In this document: piece by piece, positions 63,304 through 64,000 of the stretch | Numbering within the stretch: the stretch's first letter is position 1 | Layout of the letters: every line of letters starts with the position of its first letter | The notes under the pieces: model-generated | The model's database searches: none | What the model was told of the DNA's origin: nothing | Seen by the model: the letters and a program-made list of their open reading frames with translations, nothing else | Position numbers and translations under genes: made by a program | Assembly: GCA_964035545.1 (NCBI GenBank) | Contig: CAXIUT010000230.1 | Location: 930,001-994,000, forward strand | DNA from: Bugula neritina | Lineage: Eukaryota > Animalia > Bryozoa | DNA: 64,000 nucleotides | Reading direction: 5' to 3'

Positions 63304-64000
63304 TTGCAACACATTAAAATATACTGCAACATACTGAAACATACTGCAACATACTGAAATATACTGCAACACACTGAAACATACGGCAACATACCGAAAT
63401 AAACTGCGACACGTTGAAAATTACAGCAACATACTGAAATATACTGCGACGCCTTAAAATATACTGCAACATACTGAAATAGACTGCAAGTGGTGCAACA
63501 TACTGAAATACACTGTGACACACTGAAATACACTGCAACATACTGCAACATACTGCAACATACTGAAATATTGTGCGACACATTAAAATATACTGCAACA
63601 TATTGAAATATACTGTAACATACTGCAACATACTAAAATACACTGCAATACAATAAAATGTACTGCAACATACTGAAACATACTGCAACATACTGAAATA
63701 CACTGTGACACATTGAAATACACTGCAACATACTGCAACATACTGCAACATACTGAAATACATTGCAACACATTAAAATATACTGCAACATACTGAAACA
63801 TACTGCAACATACTGAAATATACTGCAACACACTGAAACATACGGCAACATACCGAAATAAACTGCGACACAGTGAAAATTACAGCAACATACTGAAATA
63901 TACTGCGACGCCTTAAAATATACTGCAACATACTGAAATAGACTGCAAGTGCAGCAACATACTGAAATACACTGTGACACACTGAAATACACTGCAACAT

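Larger units (their letters stand above)
1..64000 (+). repeat. Tandem satellite DNA array with a 10-bp monomer (consensus ACTG[C/A]AA[C/T]A[T/C]); probably continues beyond both window ends
   Basis: Every line consists of ACTGCAACAT, ACTGAAATAC or ACTGAAATAT units or close variants, head-to-tail in one orientation. The 10-base print columns stay in register for hundreds of bases. No non-repeat interval was found. Confidence 0.99.

Noticed and set aside
35-64000. Hundreds of minus-strand ORFs (60-336 aa) encoding Cys-rich 'MLQYVAVCCS / FQYISVCCS' peptides
   Set aside because: Three 10-bp monomers give a 10-aa repeat that reads the same in all three frames. The ORFs overlap in every frame, show no domain or codon-position pattern, and end wherever a variant creates a stop. 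They are not supported as CDS.
1-64000. CENP-B box, telomeric repeats, LTR/TIR ends or target-site duplications
   Set aside because: I saw no TTCG....A..CGGG motif, no TTAGGG/TTTAGGG-type tracts and no foreign sequence interrupting the array. This was by eye, not by motif scan.
1-64000. Assigning a source organism or a named satellite family
   Set aside because: I do not recognise the monomer with confidence. A eukaryotic origin is inferred from array size and structure only, and a database search is needed.

Overview
The whole 64-kb window is one uninterrupted, single-orientation tandem satellite array. It is built from a 10-bp monomer with two main variants, C-type ACTGCAACAT and A-type ACTGAAATA(C/T). 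I see no genes, RNA genes, transposon insertions, CRISPR arrays or unique sequence. Every ORF in the track is a by-product of the repeat: the minus strand of the consensus monomers has no stop codon and reads MLQYVAVCCS-like in all three frames. The interest lies in the hierarchy. 10-bp monomers form ~210-280-bp modules marked by a CAAGTGGTGCAAC landmark. These form kb-scale higher-order repeats (HORs) with offsets of 3921, 6821/6811, 7760-7870/7382-7492, 5628/5618, 7889, 2903/2893 and 11370/11380 bp, arranged in roughly three layered domains. The 10-bp register breaks almost only at two inherited 1-bp deletions; the other length changes I traced are whole monomers. The architecture resembles eukaryotic centromeric or pericentromeric satellite, but organism and function cannot be determined from sequence alone. 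Offsets come from matching ORF-track coordinates and landmark motifs by eye, and block boundaries are approximate.
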